A stretch of DNA of 58,771 nucleotides from Chryseobacterium gleum (GTDB lineage Bacteria; Bacteroidota; Bacteroidia; Flavobacteriales_D; Crocinitomicaceae). The stretch is taken from NCBI GenBank assembly GCA_943326825.2, contig CALPUT020000001.1:1-58771 (forward strand), read 5' to 3'. How positions within the stretch are numbered: the first letter of the stretch is position 1; each line of letters opens with the position of its first letter. The notes below the pieces were generated by a model, which saw nothing but the letters and a program-made list of their open reading frames with translations, did not search any database and was not told where the DNA came from. Positions 48,670-58,239 of the stretch are shown one piece after another. Both the position numbers and the translations under genes were made by a program.

Positions 48670-50814
48670 ATGAAATTAGGAATTAAACAATCGATTGTTA
48701 CAGGAGGGAAAGAAATCTCTGTTGAAACAGGAAAATTGGCAAAACAAGCAGATGGAGCTGTTGTAGTAAGAATGGGTGACACTATGTTACTTGCAACTGT
48801 TGTATCGTCATTAGACGCAAAAGAAGGAGTTGATTTCCTTCCATTAACAGTTGATTACAGAGAGCGTTTCTCAGCAGCTGGGAAAATACCAGGAGGTTTC
48901 CTTCGTCGTGAAGCTCGTCCATCTGATGGAGAAGTTTTAGTTATGCGTTTAGTAGATAGAGCATTACGTCCATTATTTCCTGATGACTACCATGCGGAAG
49001 TACAGGTAATGATTCAATTACTTTCTTACGATGGAATCAATAATCCAGATGTATTAACAGGTTTTGCAGCTTCTGCAGCGATTGCTGTTTCAGATATTCC
49101 TTTCAACGGACCAATGTCTGAAGTTCGAATAGGAAGAGTAGATGGGAAATTCATCATCAATCCAACAATGGAAGAGATGAAGAGTTCTGACATGGACGTA
49201 GTAATTGCTGGTACAGCGAAAGATGTAAACATGTTAGAAGGTGAGATGAAAGAAATTTCTGAAGCTGAAATGGTGGAAGCAATTAAAATAGCTCACGAAG
49301 AAATTAAAAAACAATGTCAATTCCAACTTGATTTTGCTGCTCAAATTCCAACTTCTTCTCCAAAAAGAGTTTATTCTCACGAAACGCACGATGAAGAATT
49401 AAGAACAAGAGTTACTGAATTCTCAATGGAGAAATGTAAAGCAGTAGCTCGTCAAGGATTAGCTTCAAAAGTTACTAGAACTGAATTATTTGATGCAGTT
49501 AAAACTGAATTGAAAGCAACTTTTACAGAAGTAGAATTAGCTGAAAAAGGTGGATTAATTTCTACTTACTTCAGTGATGCTAAGAAAAAAGCAGTTCGTC
49601 ATGTAATGTTACACGAAAAAATACGTTTAGATGGTCGTGCATTTGATCAAATTCGTCCAATCTGGGCTGAAGTTGATTACTTACCAATGGTTCACGGTTC
49701 AGCTGTGTTTACTAGAGGTGAAACACAATCTTTAACTACTTTAACTTTAGGAGGTAAACAAGATGAGCAATTATTAGATGGAGCTACTTTTAGAGGTACA
49801 GAGTCTTTTATGTTACATTATAACTTCCCTCCATTCTCAACTGGTGAGGCACGTCCATTAAGAGGAACTTCAAGAAGAGAAGTTGGTCACGGAAATTTAG
49901 CGTTAAGAGCGTTGAAACAAGTTTTACCAGATAATTATCCTTACACAGTTCGTATTGTTTCTGACATTTTAGAATCTAATGGTTCTTCATCAATGGCGAC
50001 AGTATGTGCTGGAACATTAGCGTTAATGGATGGTGGTGTTCAAATTAAAGCGCCTGTATCAGGTATTGCAATGGGGTTAGTTGCTGATGAAACTGGAGCA
50101 TTCTGTGTGTTATCAGATATCTTAGGTGACGAAGATCACTTAGGAGATATGGATTTCAAAGTAACAGGAACTGCAAAAGGAATCACAGCTTGTCAAATGG
50201 ATATTAAAGTAGACGGATTGTCTTATGAAGTATTAACTCAAGCGTTAAACCAAGCAAGAGCAGGAAGATTACATATTTTAGATAAAATTGTTGAGACGAT
50301 TGCAACTCCAAATCCAGAGTTAAAACCTCAAACTCCAAGAATTGAAATGTTGGTTGTTCCAAATGATATGATTGGTGCTATTATCGGACCTGGAGGAAAA
50401 ATCATTCAAGGAATTCAAAAAGATACTGGAGCTACAATTTCTATTGAAGAATTAGAAACAGGTGAAGGAAAAGTTCTTGTAATGTCAAATGACGGTGCAA
50501 GTATGAAAGCTGCATTGGATAGAATTAAATTAATCGCATTCCCTCCAACTGTTGAAGAAGGTGTTGAATACGAAGGAAAAGTTAAATCTATTCAAGCTTA
50601 CGGATGTTTCGTTGAAATTTTACCAGGAACGGATGGCTTAATTCATATTTCTGAATTTGCTTGGGAAAAATTAGAAAAATTAGATGGTTTAGTAAAAGAA
50701 GGAGATATCGTTCGTTTTAAAGTAGTTGGTAAAGATATCAAAACTAAAAAATGGAAATTATCTCGTAAAGTTTTATTACCAAAACCAGAGAAAAAAGAAG
50801 AAGCGCAAGCTTAA
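48670..50814 (+). CDS. pnp: Polyribonucleotide nucleotidyltransferase
   Basis: DFLPLTVDY, FTRGETQ, ESNGSSSMA and GDMDFKV motifs; KH (IIGPGG) and S1 domains. Confidence 0.98.
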   Translation: MKLGIKQSIVTGGKEISVETGKLAKQADGAVVVRMGDTMLLATVVSSLDAKEGVDFLPLTVDYRERFSAAGKIPGGFLRREARPSDGEVLVMRLVDRALRPLFPDDYHAEVQVMIQLLSYDGINNPDVLTGFAASAAIAVSDIPFNGPMSEVRIGRVDGKFIINPTMEEMKSSDMDVVIAGTAKDVNMLEGEMKEISEAEMVEAIKIAHEEIKKQCQFQLDFAAQIPTSSPKRVYSHETHDEELRTRVTEFSMEKCKAVARQGLASKVTRTELFDAVKTELKATFTEVELAEKGGLISTYFSDAKKKAVRHVMLHEKIRLDGRAFDQIRPIWAEVDYLPMVHGSAVFTRGETQSLTTLTLGGKQDEQLLDGATFRGTESFMLHYNFPPFSTGEARPLRGTSRREVGHGNLALRALKQVLPDNYPYTVRIVSDILESNGSSSMATVCAGTLALMDGGVQIKAPVSGIAMGLVADETGAFCVLSDILGDEDHLGDMDFKVTGTAKGITACQMDIKVDGLSYEVLTQALNQARAGRLHILDKIVETIATPNPELKPQTPRIEMLVVPNDMIGAIIGPGGKIIQGIQKDTGATISIEELETGEGKVLVMSNDGASMKAALDRIKLIAFPPTVEEGVEYEGKVKSIQAYGCFVEILPGTDGLIHISEFAWEKLEKLDGLVKEGDIVRFKVVGKDIKTKKWKLSRKVLLPKPEKKEEAQA

Positions 50815-50821
50815 AAATAAT

Positions 50822-50859
50822 TTAGTAGATTGAAAATTAATTTGTTTTCAATCTACTAA
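50822..50859 (+). terminator. 15-bp inverted repeat after pnp
   Basis: TTAGTAGATTGAAAA / TTTTCAATCTACTAA. Confidence 0.6.
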
Positions 50860-50887
50860 TAGTTTAATTTTGTAAAAAATAAAAATT

Positions 50888-51145
50888 ATGGCAAGTAGAA
50901 AGTATATTAAAAAAGCGTTAAACAATATGGTATTTGATATCGTTGAAGAATGTTTTACAATTCAATTATTTGATGAAACTAAAACTGAAAAAACGAATGT
51001 TATCATCAATGAAGCTGCAGATTTTCAAGATGCCGTTTTAGCTGAAATTAGCAAAGCAAAAACAAAACAAGATTTTGCACCAATCAATACTAAAATTGAA
51101 GAGTCAGCTTTAGAATTTATTAATAAATTAAATAGCTTGAATTAA
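50888..51145 (+). CDS. Small hypothetical helical protein
   Basis: 85-aa ORF with its own -7 element (TAATTTTG, 50865-50872), A-rich start region and terminator. Confidence 0.75.
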   Translation: MASRKYIKKALNNMVFDIVEECFTIQLFDETKTEKTNVIINEAADFQDAVLAEISKAKTKQDFAPINTKIEESALEFINKLNSLN

Positions 51146-51170
51146 TTTTTATAAATTAATTTAAAATATT

Positions 51171-51198
51171 AAAAGCGGATGAATGTCCGCTTTTTTTT
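51171..51198 (+). terminator. Intrinsic terminator
   Basis: AAAAGCGGAT-gaat-GTCCGC followed by T8. Confidence 0.8.
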
Positions 51199-51234
51199 GT
51201 GTTATTTTTGTTCAAATATATTTATTGTAAGTTC

Positions 51235-51999
51235 ATGAAAGTAATTATTTCTCCAGCAAAGTCAATTGAATATAAGCCTATTAATATTGAGGAAGGTTTT
51301 TCTATTCCTCATTTCATAAAAGAGACAGAGGTTTTGGCGAAGAAACTAAAAAAAGTTTCAACAAAAAAGCTAAGTGAAATGATGCATATTTCAGTCGAAC
51401 TTTCAGATTTGAATTTTCATCGCTATCAAAATTGGGAAACTCCAAATGAAAAAAAGGAAAGTAATTTTCCATGTATAGCAGTTTTTAATGGTGAAGCTTT
51501 TAAAGGATTGAACGCATGGTCAATGTCTTCTGAATTATTGCAAAAGACAAATGAAAAATTACGAGTTCTTTCTGGTTTATATGGGATTTTAAAGCCATTA
51601 GACTTAATCTATCCATACAGATTAGAAATGGGCACAAAATGGCAAATTAATCCATCTACTAAAGATTTATATTCGTTTTGGGGGCATAAAATAGCAGATT
51701 TTTTGAATAAAGATCTTTCAGAAAATGAAGTGCTAATTAATTTGGCTTCAACTGAATATTTCAAAGCTGTTGATCTGAAAAAGTTAAAAGCGAAAGTAAT
51801 TACTCCATTGTTTAAAGATTTTAAAAATGGGGAGTATAAAACGATAATGATGTATGCAAAACATCAAAGAGGAGCAATGGCTCGTTATATTATTGAAAAT
51901 GATTTAAAATCAAAAGAAGAACTGAAATTATATAATGGTGATGGTTATTCATTTGACGTAAAAGCATCAACTGAAAAGGAGTGGGTGTTTGTTAGGTAA
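51235..51999 (+). CDS. yaaA: Peroxide stress protein YaaA (likely start 51235)
   Basis: ISPAKS, LSGLYG.L.P.D, YRLEMG, NLAS.EY and AK..RG.M motifs. Confidence 0.92.
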   Translation: MKVIISPAKSIEYKPINIEEGFSIPHFIKETEVLAKKLKKVSTKKLSEMMHISVELSDLNFHRYQNWETPNEKKESNFPCIAVFNGEAFKGLNAWSMSSELLQKTNEKLRVLSGLYGILKPLDLIYPYRLEMGTKWQINPSTKDLYSFWGHKIADFLNKDLSENEVLINLASTEYFKAVDLKKLKAKVITPLFKDFKNGEYKTIMMYAKHQRGAMARYIIENDLKSKEELKLYNGDGYSFDVKASTEKEWVFVR

Positions 52000-52028
52000 A
52001 TCTAGTTAATAGGAAATTAAAAGTTAAT

Positions 52029-52063
52029 AATTGATAGTTAACTAATACAGTCAACTATCAATT
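52029..52063. terminator. Inverted repeat between convergent yaaA and efp
   Basis: AATTGATAGTT.ACT / AGT.AACTATCAATT. Confidence 0.55.
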
Positions 52064-52074
52064 TAATATATTTA

Positions 52075-52641
52075 TTATTTTTTCACTCTTTCAACGTAAA
52101 CACCAGTGCGAGTATCGATTTTAATAATCTCACCCATATCGATAAATAAAGGAACTTTAATTTCTGCTCCTGTAGCTATAGTAGCTGGTTTCATTGAATT
52201 TGTTGCTGTATCACCCTTAACACCTGGTTCAGTATATGTAACTTCAGAAATAATGTGCATTGGTAACTCAACAACTAAAGGCATTTCTTCATCTGCATGA
52301 AATAAAATATTACAAGTCATTCCCTCTAATAAGAATCCTGGTTTTTCAATCATTTTACCTGGTATATCAACTTGTTCAAATGATTCATTATTCATAAAAA
52401 TAAAGTTTTCACCTTCTTGATATAAATATTGGTATTCTCTATTTTCAATTCGAACTGTTTCAATTTTGTGACCTGCTGAAAAAGTATTGTCAAGTACTTT
52501 TCCTGTCTCAATTTGACGCATTTTTGTACGAACGAAAGCTGGTCCTTTTCCGGGTTTTACGTGTTGAAATTCAATGATTTGAAATAATTTCTCATTGTGT
52601 TTTATACACAATCCATTTTTTATGTCTGCTGTTGTTGCCAT
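52075..52641 (-). CDS. efp: Elongation factor P
   Basis: HVKPGKG.AFVR, PGVKGDT and VPLFI...I.IDTR.G.Y; -7 element TATCTTTG at 52662-52669. Confidence 0.97.
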   Translation of the reverse strand: MATTADIKNGLCIKHNEKLFQIIEFQHVKPGKGPAFVRTKMRQIETGKVLDNTFSAGHKIETVRIENREYQYLYQEGENFIFMNNESFEQVDIPGKMIEKPGFLLEGMTCNILFHADEEMPLVVELPMHIISEVTYTEPGVKGDTATNSMKPATIATGAEIKVPLFIDMGEIIKIDTRTGVYVERVKK

Positions 52642-52759
52642 GCTATTATTTAAAAGTGATGCAAAGATATGGAAATTCAGTAAAAGTCTAAACTTTAAAG
52701 CAAAAAAAAGAGATAATTCAATCCAAATTGATTAAATTTAATCCGTAAAATTAGGAATC

Positions 52760-53056
52760 ATGAAAGAATATTGGGGAAGTTTAAATACTCTTAAAAGAAT
52801 CAAATTAATTTCTTCAATTATTTCAATTATTTTGATTGTTATTTTCTCTTTTCAAAATTGGGATAAAAGTGAAGTGAATTTTATCTTTTTTTCATTAAAA
52901 GTACCAGTTACATTAATCATTTTTGCGGCAATGATTTCAGGATATTTTATTTCATCTCTATATAATTTCAGTTATATAAAAAAGAAAGATAAAGAAATTA
53001 CCGACCTCAAATCAAAAATTAATGCTTTAATTAAAGATAAAGGCGATTCTTTATAA
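52760..53056 (+). CDS. LapA / DUF1049-like membrane protein
   Basis: TM-FQN...V..F...P..L-TM followed by a coiled coil. Confidence 0.7.
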   Translation: MKEYWGSLNTLKRIKLISSIISIILIVIFSFQNWDKSEVNFIFFSLKVPVTLIIFAAMISGYFISSLYNFSYIKKKDKEITDLKSKINALIKDKGDSL

Positions 53057-53093
53057 ATTTCACATTATTCGTTAACCTTATTTTTGAAATTGT

Positions 53094-53101
53094 TACTTTT
53101 G
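53094..53101 (+). promoter_or_regulatory. sigmaA -7 element (TACTTTTG) preceding the structured RNA
   Basis: TAnnTTTG with no plausible start codon for about 270 nt downstream. Confidence 0.6.
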
Positions 53102-53104
53102 TAC

Positions 53105-53325
53105 TAGAGGTACATCTACAAAGTTAGAGCAGTGACCTTATTCCGAAAGGGAGCCCATGCAGATTATCTTGAAGCTAACAATTTTGACAATAAAGGGAGT
53201 CTTTATTAACCAATGGCGGGCCGAGTCTTAGTAATAAGAATTGATTTTTCAATCGTCGGATTACAACGGTTAGTGGTTACCTTAAACGTGTTTTCTGAGC
53301 TTCGGAAAACCCAACTGCATGGGTT
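53105..53325 (+). ncRNA. Candidate structured non-coding RNA (family unassigned)
   Basis: 11-bp closing helix 53152-53162/53315-53325 enclosing four hairpins; two GNRA tetraloops; GC-enriched relative to flanks; own promoter. Confidence 0.7.
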
Positions 53326-53374
53326 ATTTATACTAAAAAGTTTTTTTAATCGTTTCTACTATAAATTGGATAGT

Positions 53375-53497
53375 ATGAAAACAATAATTAAAATTATTTT
53401 TTTATCATTAATACTGATGATTACTTCTTGTGGAAGTTCTAAAAATAGAAAGTGTAATGGAAAAAAAGCAATTCAAACCTCAATGGGTAAAATGTAG
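53375..53497 (+). CDS. Small 40-aa lipoprotein
   Basis: MKTIIKIIFLSLILMITSC lipobox plus a short basic mature peptide; it is the 3' part of ORF 53213-53497. Confidence 0.6.
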   Translation: MKTIIKIIFLSLILMITSCGSSKNRKCNGKKAIQTSMGKM

Positions 53498-53502
53498 ATA
53501 TT

Positions 53503-53721
53503 ATGAATTTTCCTCAATATAGAATGCTTATTAATGAGAAAGTCATTTATAAAATAATTGATGATCGTAATTTTGAAGAAAAGCAACGATTGGGTTCAAA
53601 AGTTTTTCATTTTAAAATAGAAGCAAAACAATATCCTGAACTTTTAAAGATACAAGATATGTTGAGTTGTATTGACCAGATATTTCTTATAAAAGAAGAG
53701 AAAGATTGGTTATCGTTTTGA
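53503..53721 (+). CDS. Hypothetical protein (72 aa)
   Basis: Starts 5 nt after the lipoprotein stop; protein-like composition (FPQYR, FEE.Q.LG, YPE). Confidence 0.65.
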   Translation: MNFPQYRMLINEKVIYKIIDDRNFEEKQRLGSKVFHFKIEAKQYPELLKIQDMLSCIDQIFLIKEEKDWLSF

Positions 53722-53727
53722 ATGAAT

Positions 53728-54579
53728 TTATTTGACTGAAAATATAATGTCTACTCGTCTATTTTTTCTTCTGTCTTCTTCTGTCTTCTCAGGAGTAACC
53801 ATCGGTAAATTGTTACTAAAGCCTTGTGATTTTAAACGTTTTTTGCTAACACCTCGTTTTACTAATTCTTTTAAAACTAATTTTGCTCTTTGTTTTGACA
53901 GTTTCATTGCTTTTCCACAACATACATGACCTCTTATGTATGCGTGTACATCTTTATTTGTATTTAAATATTCAGAGAGTTTATCTATTTCAGAAAAAGA
54001 TCCGGGTGTTAAACTAAAAGTTCCATCAAAGAATTGAATGTTAAGCTGCATTTGGAATACCATTCCTTTCTCCAGTTTTTTGTCGTAAATCTCATCTTTA
54101 AAGGCCATTTCAGTGATTAAAGAAGAGTCAATATTTTTAATTGATGAATCTTTACTATTCTCATAATTTAATAAAGAATCATTAGCTATTAGTGAAGATT
54201 TATATATAACGTCGACTCTTCTCCATTTATCAAATTGTTGAATAGGATAAATTAAATTATCTGGATAATTTATTCCGTAAATATTACTTTTTTCTATAAT
54301 AATATTTTTGTCCAGTAACTTTTTAACAGCGTTTAATCGTTCCTCAGCTATTTGTTGGTTGATTTCTTTAGAACCATCTTTACTGCTATAACTATTTATT
54401 TCAATTATTGAAATTTTATGGTTATTAGCATAAATGTTAAATGTATCAATAGCTTTTTTTGAACTTTCTACAGGTAATGTTTCATTAACATTAAAGAAAA
54501 ATGAGACTATATTCGTTTGTTGAGCCGATGATAAAAGGCTAAATGTAAATAGTGATATAAAGAGAACTAAAATTCTCAT
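53728..54579 (-). CDS. OmpA-family protein with two OmpA-like domains
   Basis: Signal peptide; N..IAEER...WRRVD and GHVCC..LS.QRA...NRRVD. Confidence 0.85.
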   Translation of the reverse strand: MRILVLFISLFTFSLLSSAQQTNIVSFFFNVNETLPVESSKKAIDTFNIYANNHKISIIEINSYSSKDGSKEINQQIAEERLNAVKKLLDKNIIIEKSNIYGINYPDNLIYPIQQFDKWRRVDVIYKSSLIANDSLLNYENSKDSSIKNIDSSLITEMAFKDEIYDKKLEKGMVFQMQLNIQFFDGTFSLTPGSFSEIDKLSEYLNTNKDVHAYIRGHVCCGKAMKLSKQRAKLVLKELVKRGVSKKRLKSQGFSNNLPMVTPEKTEEDRRKNRRVDIIFSVK

Positions 54580-54599
54580 TTTTTTTTTAGTATTAAAAT

Positions 54600-54629
54600 A
54601 AAAAAAGCGTCTCTATTTCTAAAGACGCT
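54600..54629 (-). terminator. Intrinsic terminator after the M16 pair
   Basis: A7-GCGTCT..AGACGC. Confidence 0.6.
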
Positions 54630-54650
54630 ATAAATGTAAAAAAATATTCG

Positions 54651-56735
54651 TTACTTAAATGTTTTCAGGTCAACTTTATCTTTTATTATTAAAGAAGTTA
54701 CTTTAATGTTAAAAGACATTTCTCCTTGAATAATCGCCATTTTAAATGGGAACAAAACACCATTAACATCTTTGAAGTCTCCATATTGAGAAGAAATTTC
54801 AGTTGTTTTATCAGCATCTTTTTCAATTTTTAAACTTTTAATTTTCATAAAGTTTTTTGTATCATAATAATCAAATGATTCTGATTTACCATCATTCACT
54901 TTCATAACATATGAATCAACGCCATCAATATTTTCAATACCAAGCAATTCGTAATTTACTTTAACTTTAGTATAATTCATTTCAGGAAACAATCCAATTG
55001 ATTTCCCTTTAGTTGCGATTTCTTCAGCTGTTAATTCTTTTTTGCCTTCTTGCATTGAAGTAGACGCACCAGTAGTACCGTCAAAATATGCTTTTTGTAA
55101 TACCATTCCTTGAGCTTCTATTTTTGAACCTTCAATATTTGGTGTTTGCCAAACTCTTGTAGAAGAGATAGGGAAGGGCGCTTGCGGAATTGTTAATTCA
55201 GATACTTCTTCAAATGCTTTGAATTTTTTCAATTTTTTAGTTGCAGCTTTTAATGAAGTTGTTTGTGTTGCAGCTAATACATATTTCTCGATTAATTGAT
55301 CTTTAGTAATGTCAGCTTTTTTCATTTCTTTCACTTGATCTCCAAAAGCATCCCAAACTTCAACAATACCATCCGCATCAAATTGTTTTAATTTTTCTAA
55401 TACTTCTTCATTTCCTACAACAATAATATTACAGTTTTTAGCTGAATAATATTTTTGAGCCATCATTAACACATCATCTTTTGAAACTGCTTCTAATCTT
55501 TTCAAATAGGTTTGGTAATAATCTTTACTCAAGTTGTAACGTATGATATTTAATGCAAAACGTGCAATTGTTTGAGGTCTTTCCAATGATCTAGCAAATC
55601 CTCCAGCCATAACCATTTTGGTCAAATTCAATTCTTCATCTTTAACATAGCCATTAGTAATATTGTCTAATTCGAATAAAATTTGAGTAATAGCACTATC
55701 TGTAACTGCATTTCTAAAGTTACCAGAAGCTGAAAAAGAACTTCCAAATTCATTTATATTTAAACTTGAATAACAACCATATGTATAGGCTTTGTCTTCT
55801 CTTAAGTTTTGCATTAATCGAGTTCCGAAACCACCACCACCTAAGATGTCATTTAAAACAGTTAATGGTAATTGATCTTTTTCACCTGGTTTGATATTTA
55901 AAGGAAAAGTAACATTAATTACTGATTGAACAGCACCTGGTTTTTTAACAAAAATAACACGATTTCCTTTATGAGAGTTTGATAAAGGCATTTGTTGTTT
56001 GTAGGCCATATTTCCATTCCATTTTGAGAAATACTTTTCTACAACTGCAGTTACTTGTGCTTTTGTTATGTCACCAACGATTACTAGGTAACTTCCTTTT
56101 GGAGTGAAAATTAATTTGTAAAAATTCTTTACATCATCTAATGTAATATTGTTTAATGTAGCTTCTGTCATTATTTCACCATAAGGATGACCTTTAGGGA
56201 AATTTGATTTAGATTCTGCATTATTAGCAATTGTTTCAGGACTAGATTTAGTAGACATTAATGAAGAAACTGTTTGATTTTTAATTCTTTCAAATTCGCT
56301 TTGAGGAAAATTTGCATTCATTAAAACATCTGACATTAATTCCAAACCTTTATCCATGTGTTTTGTTAAACATGAAAGATAAACAGATTCTTTATCAGCA
56401 GATAAATCAGCTCCGATGTAATCTTTTTCTTTGTCTAACTGATCTTTAGAACGATTTGTTGTTCCAGAAAGAATTAATTCACCTGCAATACTTGATAATC
56501 CTGCTTTAGAATCTTCAGTCAAAGGAGTTGCTCCCATTGACATATTAAAAGAAACTTTTGGTAGTTTATGGTTTTCAGATAAAATTACAGTAATACCGTT
56601 AGAAGTTGTGAAAACTTCAGAATCTTTAATGTTGATAGCAGGAGCTTTAGCTGCCGATGGACGAACTGAACGATCAATTTGCCCAAACATTATAGAGGGA
56701 ATTAAGATCCCTAATGATAAAATATATTTTTTCAT
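54651..56735 (-). CDS. M16-family peptidase, non-catalytic subunit with C-terminal extension (likely start 56735)
   Basis: M16 fold motifs (NG.TV...E, HPYGE, LGGG..RL..NLRE...YTYG) but no HxxEH; extra beta-rich tail of about 200 aa. Confidence 0.85.
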   Translation of the reverse strand: MKKYILSLGILIPSIMFGQIDRSVRPSAAKAPAINIKDSEVFTTSNGITVILSENHKLPKVSFNMSMGATPLTEDSKAGLSSIAGELILSGTTNRSKDQLDKEKDYIGADLSADKESVYLSCLTKHMDKGLELMSDVLMNANFPQSEFERIKNQTVSSLMSTKSSPETIANNAESKSNFPKGHPYGEIMTEATLNNITLDDVKNFYKLIFTPKGSYLVIVGDITKAQVTAVVEKYFSKWNGNMAYKQQMPLSNSHKGNRVIFVKKPGAVQSVINVTFPLNIKPGEKDQLPLTVLNDILGGGGFGTRLMQNLREDKAYTYGCYSSLNINEFGSSFSASGNFRNAVTDSAITQILFELDNITNGYVKDEELNLTKMVMAGGFARSLERPQTIARFALNIIRYNLSKDYYQTYLKRLEAVSKDDVLMMAQKYYSAKNCNIIVVGNEEVLEKLKQFDADGIVEVWDAFGDQVKEMKKADITKDQLIEKYVLAATQTTSLKAATKKLKKFKAFEEVSELTIPQAPFPISSTRVWQTPNIEGSKIEAQGMVLQKAYFDGTTGASTSMQEGKKELTAEEIATKGKSIGLFPEMNYTKVKVNYELLGIENIDGVDSYVMKVNDGKSESFDYYDTKNFMKIKSLKIEKDADKTTEISSQYGDFKDVNGVLFPFKMAIIQGEMSFNIKVTSLIIKDKVDLKTFK

Positions 56736-56745
56736 TATCGTCAAA

Positions 56746-58239
56746 TTAATTTTTACCTGGTGCATCTGATGCTGCCTCTGGTTTTGGTAAATATTCTAAA
56801 ATAATTCTAGCGTCTTGTGTCAAGTATTTTTTAGCGACTCTCAAAATGTCTTCACGAGTAACTTTCAAATAAGCATCTAATTGATTATTTGTTCTGTTTG
56901 CATTTCCGTAATAAACATAATTGTCAGCTAAATTTTCACAAATTCCAGCGATTGAAGCGTTAGAACCTACGATTTGATTTTCAAATTGATTTCTAATTTT
57001 TTCAAATTCTTCTTGAGAAATTAATTCTTTTTTGATCAATTCAATTTGTTTATCAACTTCAACTTGAATAGTATCTAGGCTGATATCTTTGGATGCGATT
57101 GCAGCAAATATCCCCATACCTGCATCTTCTAATCCATACGCAAATGAAAAAGCATAATTTGCTAATTGTTTTTTCTCAACAATAGCTTTATTCATTCTAG
57201 AACTAGATCCTCCAGATAACACTTCATTCATCATTTCTAATGCTGGGAAATCAGGATTTGTTTGCTCTGGAAAACGGTAAGCAATAAATAAAGCAGGTAA
57301 TTGAATATTATCATAAACTATATCTTTTTGAACTCCTTTTGGTGTTTCTGATGTTTTTGAAGGTCTAGGAATTACACTTGCTTTTGTAGTATATAAATCA
57401 ATAACTTTCTTAGCTTCTGGATCTTTATTAGCATTAAAGTTTTTTAAATCGAATTTTGATTTTGCAACTTTATATTTAGCTAAAAATGCTTCATCAGTTA
57501 AGTTCTCAACATCTCTAAATAAATTTATAGCTTCTCCTTTTGGAATTGAACCAAAATATTTTTCTACCATTTTTTTAGTTTCAGCAACATTGATATCTCC
57601 TGCAATAGAAATTGTTGAATTTGCAGGTACATAAAAAGTTCTGTAAAAGTTAACATAATCTTGCTCTTGAGCTGCATCTAAATGTTCCATACTTCCAATT
57701 GGCATCCAATTGTATGGGTGAACTTTAAACATTCTTTTGAAAATTTCAGGAATAAAAGTAGCGTAAGGTTGATTGTCAACTCTTTGTCTTTTTTCTTCTT
57801 TTACAACTGAACGTTGAGTCTCAATTCCCGTTTTTTCAACTTTCGCATGAAGCATACGCTCACTTTCTAACCAAATCCCTAATTCTAATTGATTAGATGG
57901 TAAAATTTCGTAGTAGTATGTTCTATCTTGAGAAGTATTAGCATTTAGGCCTCCTCCATTTTTTTCTACTAATTCACTGTATTCACCGCGACCAATGTTT
58001 GTCGTTCCTTCGAACAATAAATGTTCAAAAAAGTGGGCAAATCCGGTTCTGTCAGATTTTTCGTTTTTGGATCCAACATGGTAAAGAACAGATACAGCAA
58101 CGATAGGAGTCGCATGTTCTTCATGTAAAATAACGTGAATACCATTCGGTAAATCATATTCTACATATTCAATTTTTTTTTGTGAAAAGGATGAGAAAGC
58201 GGAGAAACTTAAAAATCCAATCAAAATGATTTTTTTCAT
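56746..58239 (-). CDS. M16-family zinc peptidase, catalytic subunit
   Basis: Signal peptide, GFAHFFEHLLF (HxxEH), NANTS.DRT.Y and LESERM motifs. Confidence 0.92.
   Translation of the reverse strand: MKKIILIGFLSFSAFSSFSQKKIEYVEYDLPNGIHVILHEEHATPIVAVSVLYHVGSKNEKSDRTGFAHFFEHLLFEGTTNIGRGEYSELVEKNGGGLNANTSQDRTYYYEILPSNQLELGIWLESERMLHAKVEKTGIETQRSVVKEEKRQRVDNQPYATFIPEIFKRMFKVHPYNWMPIGSMEHLDAAQEQDYVNFYRTFYVPANSTISIAGDINVAETKKMVEKYFGSIPKGEAINLFRDVENLTDEAFLAKYKVAKSKFDLKNFNANKDPEAKKVIDLYTTKASVIPRPSKTSETPKGVQKDIVYDNIQLPALFIAYRFPEQTNPDFPALEMMNEVLSGGSSSRMNKAIVEKKQLANYAFSFAYGLEDAGMGIFAAIASKDISLDTIQVEVDKQIELIKKELISQEEFEKIRNQFENQIVGSNASIAGICENLADNYVYYGNANRTNNQLDAYLKVTREDILRVAKKYLTQDARIILEYLPKPEAASDAPGKN

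Noticed and set aside
53213..53374. N-terminal half of the 94-aa ORF 53213-53497
   Set aside because: It runs through the paired RNA region, and a clean lipoprotein signal begins at the internal ATG at 53375.
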